From the NCBI RefSeq assembly GCF_964355755.1, contig NC_092677.1, positions 5,540,101-5,604,100 of the forward strand: a DNA stretch of 64,000 nt. Direction: 5' to 3'. Below the pieces are notes generated by a model. It did no database searches. It was not told the origin of the DNA and saw only the letters and a program-made list of their open reading frames with translations. The position numbers were made by a program, and so were the translations under genes. Positions 22,301 to 33,920 of this stretch are shown in pieces. Each line of letters opens with the position of its first letter. Position 1 is the stretch's first letter. The DNA comes from Antedon mediterranea (Eukaryota > Animalia > Echinodermata).

Positions 22301-24920
22301 GGGATATTTGATTGTTTAGTGGGAAATGTTAATTGTTAAAGTGTTATGACAGATTTTTTTAAATATCGTATTTTCATATATTGAGTATTGGTAAAATAAA
22401 AGACGAATGATTTAAATTATTAATATGCACTTATATATTTAAACTTTACAATAACACAAATATGTAAGCATAATACTTATGAATAAATTTAATTACAAGC
22501 CACACGTTTTGCATTTTTAATATCTTAAAGTTAAATTTACTTTTTAGAAAAAGAGTTATACTCTGTTTTTTTTTATTGTGTTATTAATGCATGTGTCGGG
22601 GGCGTTTATTCGAGGAAATAAATAAACGCCCCGCCACATGCATTAATAGTAATAACACTTTTTTTTACAATAAGTAAATCAATTTTATTATTTTTATGAC
22701 TTATTTCTAAGTAATATTGTGCCTCAATAATCCACAGTAAAAATAAAATACCGTAGACCATGGAGAAAAACACAATTATGGAAAGTTTGTTACATGTTGT
22801 GTAACTTCTACAATTTTAGAATTTCAATGGTTATACCTTTTTCGTTTCAAAGAGAGTGGCAGTTTGGATTAGTAAGTTTCTATGCATATCGGCATATTAG
22901 CGGTCGATATACTGTACGCTCAGCAGACATTGAAAAAGAAATGATAAATGTCTGCAAACCCGCGCCAATTGCACCACAATGTGACATTTACGTTACCCAC
23001 GACTTTCGTTTCAAAGAGAGTGGCAGTTTGGGTTAGTAACATTACACATAAATAGTAATTCTTAAATAATGAACTTTTACAATGTCCTCTGATGGTGTCT
23101 GTCAGTACAGTAATAACAAATACAACATATGTTGATGAAACTGCCGCCTTTTTAGTCGCGTGGACGCGACTCAATAGTTCACTATGTCGGTCGGTCTGTC
23201 TGTCGATCCGGTATCACTATGCGTTTTATCGCTTTTCTGTACTTTTTGAACTGTTTTTATGTTTTTTCTGAGAGCACGCGACTTATGGCTGTTGGCCTTG
23301 TTACTTCTATTTCTACTACGGTAACTATACTTTTGATCCATATTTTGTTCACTAGGAAGAGAGAGTTTTTCGTGTTTACCGTCTAAGAATTATACGTTAT
23401 AAGTTTCTTTTTACTTCGCTAAAATGAACTAATCGATCTCATCATGTTAACTATGCATGTAACTATAATCAATAACAGTATAATATATATTTTTTAAACA
23501 TAGTTCATCCGTTTTTCCATATTATGTTTTTTTATAATGTTTATATGAGGGCCTCTTGATTGTCAGCATATGCTGTTTCGAGTCACCCTCACTAAATAAG
23601 GTTTAATAAAAAATTAAAATAAAATAAATAATTAATTAAAAAAGAGTATAATAAACGCCACCAACACCCCCCAACGCCCCGGGACGTTTATTCGAACACA
23701 AAACGGTATACATTTCAACTTCATAACATCGACAAAATTACCCATGTTTGGTACGAATAAATTAGTATATATTAATTATATATAATTATATTGAAATAAA
23801 AAAAGTGGGAACAATCTTACCACAAGTAACCCCCACATCCTCTCCATGATCGCAGTTATTATTCCCCCATCCTGGTGTAGAGCAGTGCCACAGGTGGCTC
23901 TCATGACCAACACAGTTGACATCATCTAACCAAATAGGACCACTCCCAGCGCCAAAATGTGCAGAACTCCACACATGCGAAGCTCCAACGTAACCCATTG
24001 AGCGACACGCAACGTTCGCGTCGTTCATGTCAAAATAATCATCGCATACAGTTCCCCATTCCCATCTATCTTCACAATAAAGCCAGCAACCAGATGTGTA
24101 CCACCATATCTCCAGCCGTCCTTCATAATAGTAATTGCCACCCGACATCGTTATATTCTCTATAACACAATCAAAATAACCATCAATGAAGAACTTTACA
24201 AGAATAATAAGCTCTGTCTACACCATCAAACTTTATGTGACAAAAATGCGATGTACCAAAATGATATGCTTAAATTATGGTAGTGATATGACATCATCAT
24301 GTCCATATATGGGCACATGACATTTTTTTGTGACATAAAGTTTGATAGTGTGGACAGAGCTTAATACCAAAGCAAACAAGAACTCAATTTCTCTATAGAT
24401 ATCCGATTACCATTTCATTCAATTTCAGTACAGGTTCACTAATGTTCTAATTCACTATTATATTCACATTATGACACCAAAAATGTTATATAATGTGTGC
24501 AAGAATAAAACATGCGAGGAGGCATTGAACGAGAACCAAGAGTCCAACTAGTCAAGTATAATATAATAGTCAGTATTAAGGATCCAATACGATACGAGGA
24601 AAGTTTTTGCAATCTCCAATAAAACATTTAAAAATTGAAGTTTAACAAAAATATGAAAATATATAAACATTGTACGTAAAAAAATATAGGGAAAAATATA
24701 TCTCTTCAACATAATTAATATAAAAATACATGTTATTTACAAATACGGGACATCAAAAAAGAAAACGACAAAATAAAGTAGTTAGTTCAGGGCACCCCGG
24801 CCCATATTGAATAACAAAGACAATTAATTCAAATACAATATAAATAATATAAAACTTACGTGAGTTAGTAGACCCGATACAGATGAGAACTAAAATACAA
24901 AAACCTAATATATCAGTCAT
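29..24920 (-). CDS. Gene A (3' end beyond left edge): secreted mosaic lectin-like protein, SP-SRCR-EGF-F5/8C-Thr linker-[F5/8C-nested CTLD/unknown/F-type lectin module-EGF-linker]-[F5/8C-nested module...], >1600 aa
   Basis: Exons read by hand with GT-AG boundaries and consistent phases: 24860-24920, 23821-24159, 22102-22218, 17653-17978, 17093-17231, 16430-16525, 15943-16247, 15380-15521, 14617-14808, 14093-14268, 13693-13853, 12951-13117, 12373-12501, 11883-11963, 11418-11624, 10790-10840, 10498-10608, 10229-10339, 9782-9865, 9424-9471, 8946-9298, 7590-7728, 7108-7302, 6544-6719, 5983-6152, 5109-5278, 4259-4399, 1527-1598, 1030-1236, 420-470, 29-136 (4825 nt in total). Confidence 0.85.
2094..3195. 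mobile_element. Non-autonomous Tc1/mariner-superfamily (pogo/Tc2-like) element
   Basis: TIRs CCGTATATTTCGGTGTACAAGTCGCAC / GTGCGTCTTATACACCGAAATATACGG with TA on both flanks; no ORF. Confidence 0.85.
3664..3735 (+). mobile_element. tRNA-derived fragment (SINE head or tRNA pseudogene)
   Basis: A-box-like TAGTCGAGTGG and B-box GGTTCGATTCC at tRNA spacing; no intact cloverleaf. Confidence 0.5.
6250..6510. repeat. Degenerate intronic minisatellite (aatcggaaaaacggcgaaattgacgaagcgccg-like)
   Basis: Several imperfect copies visible directly. Confidence 0.8.
7590..9298 (-). CDS. Gene A F5/8 type C domain 3; exons 8946-9298 and 7590-7728
   Basis: CEEPMGMES...ARLN...GGWQP...QWIQVNLG...TGVVTQG / VFEGNTD...[22 protein letters not shown]. 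Confidence 0.93.
7920..8930. repeat. Degenerate minisatellite (atggcacataagaagacggcag-like), interrupted by a MITE
   Basis: Repeated motif; orthologous array in gene B at ~38065-38610. Source of spurious Cys/Leu-rich ORFs. Confidence 0.8.
8247..8674. mobile_element. MITE inserted in the minisatellite of gene A, absent from gene B
   Basis: Imperfect TIRs AG..AGCTTTCGAA....CGACGCGG / CCGCGTCG....TTCGAAAGCT..CT. Confidence 0.7.
10498..14808 (-). CDS. Gene A nested module copy 1: CTLD N-half (14617-14808), unknown domain (14093-14268, 13693-13853, 12951-13117), F-type lectin (12373-12501, 11883-11963, 11418-11624), unknown-domain last strand (10790-10840), CTLD C-half (10498-10608)
   Basis: W..C.SLGGTL...AIWGS; WELIFKA...VKVALY...FNG...SPWTDL...NYFS...[17 protein letters not shown]; VSQSS...AIDG...SCTAT...WWKIDL...IYNRDDCCSDR...LTLCEV; ADFFTVSI; FCRKL...DDIPC...PAICK. 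Confidence 0.82.
10955..11336. repeat. 78-bp tandem repeat, about 5 copies
   Basis: gagagggtaa recurs at 11111, 11189 and 11267; units are nearly identical. Confidence 0.92.
15380..16247 (-). CDS. Gene A F5/8 type C domain 2; exons 15943-16247 and 15380-15521
   Basis: CDEPFGMES...PWIQVQL...VTGVITKGR...WVTTFEV / [14 protein letters not shown]...SLRFEVLGC. Confidence 0.92.
17093..17978 (-). CDS. Gene A F5/8 type C (discoidin) domain 1; exons 17653-17978 and 17093-17231
   Basis: [10 protein letters not shown]...RGRLN...GAWC...NQWIQVDFG...SGVITQGR / IFNGNSD...YVRINPLTW...CLRFEILGC. Confidence 0.93.
18153..18198 (-). ncRNA. Penelope-type minimal hammerhead ribozyme motif, copy 1 (stem I degenerate)
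   Basis: Minus strand reads act-CTGAGGA-c-GATCAA-agtata-TTGATC-GAAAC-GTC-gag. Confidence 0.6.
18588..18878 (+). mobile_element. Probable solo LTR
   Basis: TGTAA...TTACA termini, internal AATAAA near 18815, flanks catcat / cattat as a near-perfect TSD; 291 bp. Confidence 0.6.
22102..22218 (-). CDS. Gene A calcium-binding-type EGF exon
   Basis: [39 protein letters not shown]; 117-nt phase 1-1 exon. Confidence 0.9.
23821..24159 (-). CDS. Gene A SRCR (scavenger receptor cysteine-rich) domain exon
   Basis: EGRLEI...[22 protein letters not shown]...[25 protein letters not shown]...[16 protein letters not shown]; 339-nt phase 1-1 exon. Confidence 0.95.
24210..24361. mobile_element. ~150-bp palindromic MITE family (PIF/Harbinger-like); other copies near 16563-16683, 26030-26154, 39858-39920, 40390-40460
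   Basis: AGCTCTGTCTACACCATCAAACTTTATGTGACAAAAA ... TTTTTGTGACATAAAGTTTGATAGTGTGGACAGAGCT. Confidence 0.8.
24860..24920 (-). CDS. Gene A signal-peptide exon ([20 protein letters not shown])
   Basis: ATG at 24920, hydrophobic core, phase-1 donor C|gtaagt that matches the SRCR exon acceptor. Confidence 0.75.
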
Positions 24921-25019
24921 TTTTAATGATTCTTTTACAAAATCACGAAGTGTCGTATCTTCGAGAGCAAATTGCGTAATGGTAATCGTTATATTCAATC
25001 GAACCTGTCGTATACGCAA

Positions 25020-25880
25020 GGTATTGCGGATAACCCTTGTTAATGTCAGGATCTTTTTTTTTCATCTTCTTTATTCTTCTTTCTTTCAGCGATTTTTGTG
25101 CACAGCCTATCTCAAAAAATTGTAATCATAACATTTTGTAACTTTACCAAAATTTAAACCTTTATCTGAAGATTTCGTAATAAGATTTTCGTTAGCGCCA
25201 GAGTTGCGCAGCGTAATGTACGTGTGATTTATGAAATTCTACGATTGATCATAAATTTAGAACGATAAGTCATTTTTTATTGAATCTTCATAAAATCATA
25301 ATTTGTATAAGGGGTCAACTTTGTATGGAATAAAAATGGCTTATTGCACAAGAAATTATGCGCTCACGTGCAATTAAAATTGTATATTGCGAAAAATCAA
25401 TTTCTATGTGTTTCAGGTCATTTTGAGTATTTACAATTTTTTTTTACGTTGCGCGCGCACATTTGCGTACGCAGCTCGTAAGCAGCATAAAAAGGCCATT
25501 TTTGCAATTGATTTTTGGTTTTTATATCTTCTGTATTAGATTGCATTAATTTTGATGAACTTTAATGTTTTCACTTATAAAACGACAAAATAAAAATGGT
25601 TAAATTAAATCAAAAACCCAATTTGACGATTTTTTGTTTTAAATTTCAGTTTTTTTTCAGGTAAATATTTTTTTAAATCCAATTTTTGGTCAAAGTGGAT
25701 AACTATTATGTGACATATAAAATGGCATATTAAAAAAAAATGTAGGAATTTTTTTTAGGGGGACAATCAATGATATTATAGCCTTCGGCTTAGTACATCT
25801 TTTTAAATTAAATTGTTTACTTATGGCAATGTTAACAATATCTTCAGCGTTCTTACTATCTTCAGTTCCTATTATTTCTG
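25020..25880. mobile_element. Probable non-autonomous Helentron-like interspersed repeat just upstream of the gene A SRCR-linked start
   Basis: Short hairpin followed by a (TTC)-rich tract and a body resembling such elements; a related element lies at ~21330-21780. Boundaries are approximate. Confidence 0.4.
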
Positions 25881-26167
25881 TACTGTCTTCATACTTTGCT
25901 TATCGAGGCTGTAAAACCAATGATTCCTTATTGGAAGACGGCGTGCGTTTAAAATGATGTCGTTATCATCTATTTTTATTAATCTGAGTGTTGGTTTTGT
26001 ACAATTTTTTAAATTTAAAACTTTTTCTTCACTATCAAACTTTATGTGACAAAATGTGATGTGCCTATAATATGGATATGATGATGTCATATCACATATT
26101 TGGGCATATCACACTTTTTTTTGTCAAACTAGTTTGATAGTGTAAACAGAGCTTAATATCAACTTAC

Positions 26168-26649
26168 CAGATGCAACTGTGACGTAAATGCACGTCCACG
26201 ATAGCAGGTCTGTTGAGATAAAACAAATTAATTGAAATGCAGATGTGTTTGACAATTTATTGTGACAGTAGTTTGTACACTCACTCAATATAATCCATAT
26301 ATTCATAACTTGTTTTCCCTTTTTTTAATTTCTGGGAAGTCAAAACAATGGTATGGTAGGCCTATATCAAACTGTGATATAGTAATTCTGTATTTGAACA
26401 TTTTTTATCTTGTTTTGAGCATCTTTGACTTATATTATAAATATGCAATTTGGAACTAAATTGAAACTTGAACCTATAAAACGTTGTCTATAATCGTTGA
26501 AACTAACACATTTTCATTTTAATTACGTCTACACATCAGGCCATATATCGATTTTCTTTAGATAATATGTAATTATACTATATAATGTTATACTATAATC
26601 CAGTATACTTACATGTAGGCCTATAAGCAATAAACATACTAAATCCCAT
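26168..26649 (-). CDS. Upstream alternative (or relic) signal-peptide exon pair of gene A: 26613-26649 and 26168-26209
   Basis: Splices to MGFSMFIAYRPTYLLSWTCIYVTVAS with gtaagt donors, ending in phase 1. Homologous in sequence and position to the first two exons of gene B. Confidence 0.55.
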
Positions 26650-28499
26650 GATATGTCTTCTCTGGTAAATTACTCTAACGTTTTGTCTTTTAATTATAGC
26701 GAACCTATCTATGTAAACGTATATGTATATTGATAATCGTTACAATATACCATCTATAATAAAGGGCATTGATCGATAATATATTTCGTAGATATCACTG
26801 TATCAATAGGTTGTGCAGAAAGTGTATTCACCGTAAAACATGCATACATAATTGTACTACACATGCTGTTTTTCTTATCTGTTGATAATATTTGATACCA
26901 ACACACTATTGATTGTTTGATTGATTGAGCTTAATAAAGAAATTTAATCCATATACTTAAAGACACGCATTTCAAAAGTCAGCTTTCGAATTATAACTTG
27001 TTATTTATTATATTATGTAAAAAATTTAAATATTTAATTTCCTTGTTTATTTTTACTTTTATTTTAGTTTTTTTTTAATGTTATGTTGTATTGTTTGTAT
27101 TTATGCTGCATTATGAATGCACCACCATTTGAGCCAATAATTATGAGTGTTCTCAATAATAACTGAGTTCAGTAGGCGTAAACTTTAATTTAGTTTAATT
27201 TTAAATAGTTTAAGGAATTAATAGTAAGAGCCTAATACTAGTTAATGTTAGGCCTATTATTTATTTATTTATTATTTTTTATATATTTATTTTTCTTATA
27301 TAAGGTTACTTTTATCCTAAACGTATCATGTTTTTTATCATGATTATTGATCATGAACTGGTGCGCGTATGCTGTAATCAATTATAACGGCAATGCATTT
27401 CCATTGGCTGATTCGATCGTTTACGATTTACCATTTCGATTTTTTATTTATCCAAAAATTAATTGGGTTGTTTTGTAGGTGAGTGCGTGGGTGTGAATGA
27501 GGTATTAAAGTGTTTTTTTTATTTTAACGTGTATTATGGGAATAAGTCAATGATTTATTCTCTCATGGCATTATAGTGTTTACAAACAGCGAATTGATTT
27601 CTTCTGAATGTGTACACTTACAGATGACCAGTAATGTGTCTGTCACAATCTGGTAGGACATTAAACATAAGTTTTGATTTTGGAAAACTTGTAAAATGCA
27701 CCTGATTCCCAGTGCTGTATCTCCACATACTATCTAGGCCTATTTCTGAAGTATCATAGGAATATTTGGTAATACAGCATCTTATTTATATCACATGTAG
27801 TAGTGCCTGATATCATGTATGTTAAGGTTTATATCATTACTGAAACATATGTGATGTTGTATTACCAAATATTTCTCAATAAATCTCATTTCTTTTCATA
27901 AACACTGTATTATATTTAATTAAGTTTCTCTTTTGTATATTTTGATTAAAACAGGACCACAATGTAAAACAGATACACTGTTATCTGATTGTTTTATCCT
28001 GTATAAATATATTATTTATTTATTTATTTATTATTATAAATAGATACAATTAATAGCGAGATTCGGCTGGAAAAATGAAATATCGGAAGGTTTTTAAGAA
28101 ACTATAGATGGCGCTATAATAGGTGTATAATAGGTGTATTTTAAATTGTGTAACACAGTAATACCAATTAATTAAATTTTTTATATATTCTGTATATTTT
28201 ATATTCATTTTTAACTTGTATTAAGTTGTATGTTACAGGGGTTGCGGACACAAATGTGTTATGGCGCTCTGTTGCTGTCGCAACCCCTGGACCGCTTGTT
28301 GTCGAATAAAGAAATGAAAAAATGAAATGAAATATACCAAATAAAAGAGGGCACCTCTGTAAAATCTAAAGATATCTGTATTTTAATGCTGTATGTAACA
28401 TGGGTATGTATGGCGTGCTAAATTATTGTTTCATAAACAACGCATGATTAAACATCTTACGGATCGATGTGAAGTGCTCTTATCAATTTCTAGAATAGT

Positions 28500-28920
28500 A
28501 AACATTATGATGATACATATCGGGAGATTTTGTTGGTTAATCCGAAAAATTGCATTTTTATCGAGAAACTCCCGCCATTATCAGGTGAGTTAAGAGGTCT
28601 GCCGTCCCCAAAAGATCCTGCTAACCAAACTAAATTAACCAGGAGAGTACAACTATAAGCAGATGAACCATTAATGTACTTGCAATTTTACAACATAACG
28701 GATGGTTAATTCTGAAAAGAAACAATTTCGGTATTTCTGCTTCTACTGTCGTCACACCACCTGGAGATCAATATGTGAAGTACACGTACCTTAACTTTGT
28801 TTACACGGATGATGGCAGGGACTCTACTCAACCGGAATGGCTTTCACTCTCAAATAGAGAAATATAATGTCACCTTACCAGGAGGTAAGTTGTCAACTGA
28901 ATCATGTAAATAGTGCTCGT
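28500..28920. repeat. Dispersed repeat fragment, also at ~48510-48740 next to a hammerhead motif (possible Penelope-like relic)
   Basis: Shared gtcgtcacaccacc...atcaatatgtgaa...cggatgatg.cagggactctactcaaccggaatgg...ccaggaggtaagtt. Confidence 0.65.
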
Positions 28921-29890
28921 CGGCGAGTCATACAATATAAGAGAGATGGAAAAATAAACTTTGTAGGCCGGCCTACTGTTCCTTAACTAAAACTTTATTC
29001 ATAATATGGAACATTACCGTAATTTATCTCAGCATTATGATACACACAATTAAACAGGCTTCTTATACAAAACAAAAATAATAATAAACTTTTGTTAACG
29101 TTGTTATTTTAATACTAATAGTGATGAAGTACCATATTTAAAAAGTTTTTTCGTTGTTTTCGTCCTGTTCATAATTTTGTTAAATATCAAGGTCTGTCAT
29201 AGCAAAGATATTTAGTCTCCACCAGTAGTGGATGTCAGCATTATTAAACTGAAACGTCATTATTATTTATACTAGTCTTGGCGCAAGATCGAGTAAATAT
29301 TGACATTAAGAAGATGATACATTATGTTTGGTACATGTGAGTACACTTTTATTTACATATTTTAATGATTAGTACAGAAATCTCAAATAAATGAGAACAG
29401 TGTCATAGGTATTATTAAGAATTTATACAAAATCAAGAAATAAGTTTATTTACTTTATCAAACATGGTTAAGTCACGCTTTATCGGTGACCGTTTGACCT
29501 TAGGCGTAATGCCATTTTTAGAATCAGCATCCTTAAAGTAGTTTTTATTATTTTTTAATTTTTTAAAAGTACTTTACTTTTTATCCTATAGATCTTAAAT
29601 CATCATTACAATTGGTCTGATCATTGTATTCAATATGCTAATTATATTAAAATGTAAGGGTAATTTCAGTTGTTTACCTACTAAATTTGACCAGGATCCG
29701 TCACTTAATAATAATTGCCATTTAAGAATCCTATAAATCATATCTGCACCTTTTGTACGATAAATACATCCTTCTGGGTTTCTAGAATACTTCGCTTTGT
29801 ATCGGAGGTTTCAGTCAAAAATTGAGTCATATTGTGTACCGAAGAACCCCTATTAAAGGACCACCCTCAGAACCACACAAAGTGCATTAT

Positions 29891-30195
29891 TATACAAATA
29901 ATGAATGTTTATGAGTGCAATGGTACAAATAATGGCACGAGGTGAATGATGAAAGGTTATATCAACGAGGCAAAGCCGAGTTGATATAACCTTTCATCAT
30001 TCACCAAGTGCCATTATTTGTACCATTACACGAATACAAAACATTCATTATTTGTTTTATATAACATCTAAATAACAAACAAAAATGTTTCAAAAAGTAC
30101 TATTTAACGATCGTTGAATAGTGCGTACTATTGCACGCCATGTGACCCACATTCGTCCAATCAAATGACAGGAATTTATATAGGTGTTATATAAT
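29891..30195. mobile_element. Non-autonomous element with a near-perfect ~165-bp hairpin at 29891-30060
   Basis: aaataatgaatgttt...gtgaatgatgaaaggttatatcaac / gttgatataacctttcatcattcac...aaacattcattattt. Confidence 0.75.
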
Positions 30196-30759
30196 AATAG
30201 ATATATCCTGAATAAGGTTCGTTCCAAATGAAGGTAGTCTACTGTTTTGGTGACCTGTGAATATACGAATTAGTCTGGAAAGAAAAGATGAGAAAAACAC
30301 AAAACAAAACCCAAACAAAAGAAACATTTTCCATTTTGAGAATGTATGAAATTTTTCATATAAATGATATTATTACATGTAAAGAAACTCAAAAACATAC
30401 ATATTTGGGGATTGACCAGAACATGCAACACATATTGAACGAAAACATGATTTATATTAAGATCCGCCCCATCATCACATTATTATCGACTGGCAAATGG
30501 TTGTTCCACGTGCTTCTTTTAATACAAAAGAAACAGAGCTTACATGATACTAAATAAAAATTTGTAATCATCGGAACCATAGAGATATTATAGTTCACTA
30601 TAATATCTCTATGTCGGAACCCATACAATTAGTTAGGTTTATCGCCAATAGAGTGAGCGATGCATGATGGGAAGGAATTGGGAGCAATTTCAATTCCTTT
30701 CCATCATATCGCTCACGCTATTTGCGATACACAATATTGAAAACTTGAAAAGTTCTTAC

Positions 30760-31268
30760 CGCACGTAATTCCATCAGGCTGAAGTAACAATTCCCCCGGG
30801 CATCTACAGACTGGTTCTCCAGATTGCATTGCGCAATCATGACTGCAAAGGCCAACAGCAAGGTTACACTCTACAGATTAGAAAGAGAGCCATATAATGG
30901 TATTCGTTTGTAAAAACGGGCATCTTCACCTAGGCCTAGTATCAGATCAGGAAAGGTCTACCACTCATAGCTCCTATATGGTCATATCACTATCATATTT
31001 GGGCTCATCACACTTGTTTTTCAAACTATTTGATAGTGCATGAAGTAAAGAATAGAATCTCTACTCCATGGATAGTGTAGAAAATAATATTTTAATTATG
31101 AATTATATCAGACATAAAAGTAAGCTTGGTGAGTTAAAGTATCCAAACAAACTTTACCACATGTCAAGTTATCGTGTCCGATTTTCATTGGTTCTGGGCA
31201 TGTGCAGACCGCTTCTCCGGACAGAGCAACGCAGCCATGGCTACAGTAACCATTCATAATGCTGCAGT
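30760..31268 (-). CDS. Gene B two EGF-like exons (31158-31268, 30760-30870)
   Basis: CSIMNGYCSHGCVALSGEAVCTCPEPMKIGHDNLTC and CNLAVGLCSHDCAMQSGEPVCRCPGELLLQPDGITC; 111 nt each, phase 1-1. Confidence 0.88.
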
Positions 31269-33888
31269 CTGAAAGAAAGTCAATACTTTTATTTACTTTA
31301 TTATTAATGTTAAATACCGGTAAATTGAACTTGATATATACTTCTTCGATTTCGATTTTATTTTGTTTGAATTCGATTAAAATAATGATATTACTATCTT
31401 AAAATTAACAGGAATAATGTTTTTACCTGTGTTTATTTTACAAATCGCTGGTAATGTCTCTTGACTACAAGGTACGTCATCCGAAAATATATCAGTATTG
31501 CTCATTATAAGTTTGCGACAAAATTCGGTGTAGTCTGCAGATAACAAAAACATTTAGGCCTATAGTAATTTATATTCAGAACATTTAATATAACGTCAAT
31601 AGTAATATCATTACTGTAGCAATATTTTCATATTTTGGGGAGGAAATTAAAAGTTGTCTCGTTGTTGTCCCTAACTGATAATAAACTGTAAAGTTAACTT
31701 CTTGTTGAGTTATTTGTAACTTAAACTTGATATCAAGTAATGATACTCTTATTAAAGCTCGGTTAGTTTTGTGATAAATTATATTTGTTTAAATGTTAAA
31801 ATAAATAAAAGAAATTGTCCAAAAATCTCGACAACACATATTTCTTTAAAATAGTCAAATTTAGTAAATTTCTGTTATAAAAACCCGTGAAACTTTAATA
31901 AAATGTATTTATTGATCTTATTACAGTATGCCTCTCTATTTATAACTACAAAATAATTGTGATTTTATTTGAACTATCGTTAACTGATAAGAAAATAAGT
32001 AGGCCTACTTTACAAACATCGTGTAACAAAACAAAATTTAAAAACAACCAAAATATTATACAGAGGAAACTATAAAACAATAATAATTATTAATAATAAT
32101 TATAATTATTGGAATGTATAATCAATAGACATTTTTGCCCGCACCTGCTCTTTAAGGGACACCCACGGACCCTAGGGGTGTACTCTTAATATGGGCTGAC
32201 GTTTCACGGGAAACTAGAAGTGTACCAAATAAAAAGAGTTTTTATACCTGAATACTGAATTGATACAGTGAAGAAATCGGCTTCTCTGATGTTTTGAACT
32301 GCAAACGTAAATATATAAATTAGTTTTTCCTACTACGCTATAACAACTCTATATACATTATATTTGATCGTACATAATGCTGTGGAGAATTGGAACGATT
32401 TGACCTCTCGTGTACCAACAGAAATTGATTTTGTTATGGTGTTTGTAGTTTGTTTGTTTGTTTGTGACAAGCAGTAAGGCAAATTTAAAGTAATGTTTAT
32501 TTGTGTTTAATAAATCAATTGAACTGGATTGATAACAGACTAGTTGTCTACTGTATTTAAGCATTAGACTAAAACAGAGAAGATTGACGTAATAAATACA
32601 ATAGGGGGTAAACCAAATAAGTTACCGAATATTTGGATTTCACAGATGGTGACTGTTTCTACCGACACATATTGGCCACGTATAGCAGGGAATTCTAGAT
32701 CAATTTGAGGTCCATTTGCAACTTGCTCAGATGTTACTTCTGTCCACACTGCGTTTAAGGTATGGTCTGCGTTTAATCCAACACGAATAACTGCTCCAAC
32801 CATCCGCTGTTCACAACAATCTACCAGATACAGTAGAATTTTGTGTGTAAATAATTGATAAATGTATTAGTAGCCAACAAAATACAATGTCTTACTAATA
32901 CAATTCTTATTCTTTTGCCATCAATTTAGTAGGGTTGTCCGTGGTCAGACCGGTAAGGTTAATGAAAATCCCAATAATTTTATTGTGTCATACCTTGGTC
33001 CGTAGTATAATTAAGTAAAATAGCGTTTTATTCAACACAACCCAAATATTTCTTATTGTAATTATGAGAGGGATGAGGGATATTCCATTTTATTGTACAT
33101 GGGATATTCCAGTAGCTGGGATAAGAAATATCCCATTGTGTGGGGATGAGGTTACTCCAGTATGTGGGGTGAGAAATATCCCATTGTGTGGGATAAGATA
33201 TGGGATGTGGAATATTCTATATTATGTGTTACTGATATACTGCTTACGGTAAAAGAACCAATCGATAGGCCTACGTACCGTTTCTGTTATAAATTGTTAT
33301 TGCCGTTAATCGATAGACCTCTTCCAAGTCAATTTTCCACCAATCAATCCCTAGATATTGATAATAGATTGATAACGTCAAAGAGATATAAATTTAAAAT
33401 GTAGTGTTGTATGTTCATTAATTTAATTACCATCATTACCGCCATCATACCAATACCAGCCTAGCACCTCCAGCACCCCCACCCCAGCACGCATACACTC
33501 GTGAGGTAACTGATTTCCCCGACGGAAAATGGTCTACGCTTGCGGACGCACCCCTCCCGACCCCACAAATAAAGGCAAAAGGGTCTCTAGGCCCGATGTT
33601 TTCAACGTATAAGTGAAATTTTTGAAGACCTGCAGTTCTAGTTTTCAAAATCATCTTAGTTCAGCCCCAACCATATTGCTGGTACTTATACATTTCATTT
33701 CATATTTTGAAGTACAATAAGTGCATTTTCCGAGGACCTAACAGCTCTATTTTTCAAAAATGTCTTAGCTCAGTCCCAACCATGATAGGGACTTATATAT
33801 TTTGCTTCATGTTTCGAAGTATAATAAGTCCAATTTCAGGGACCTCCAACTCTATTTTTCTGAATTTTCTTAGCTCCATCCCAACAAC

Positions 33889-33920
<32 letters not shown>

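Noticed and set aside
30270-30520. Definitive terminal exon of gene B
   Set aside because: Two acceptors (~30515 giving EARGTTICQSIIM-stop; ~30275 giving D-stop) are both plausible and cannot be resolved without transcripts.
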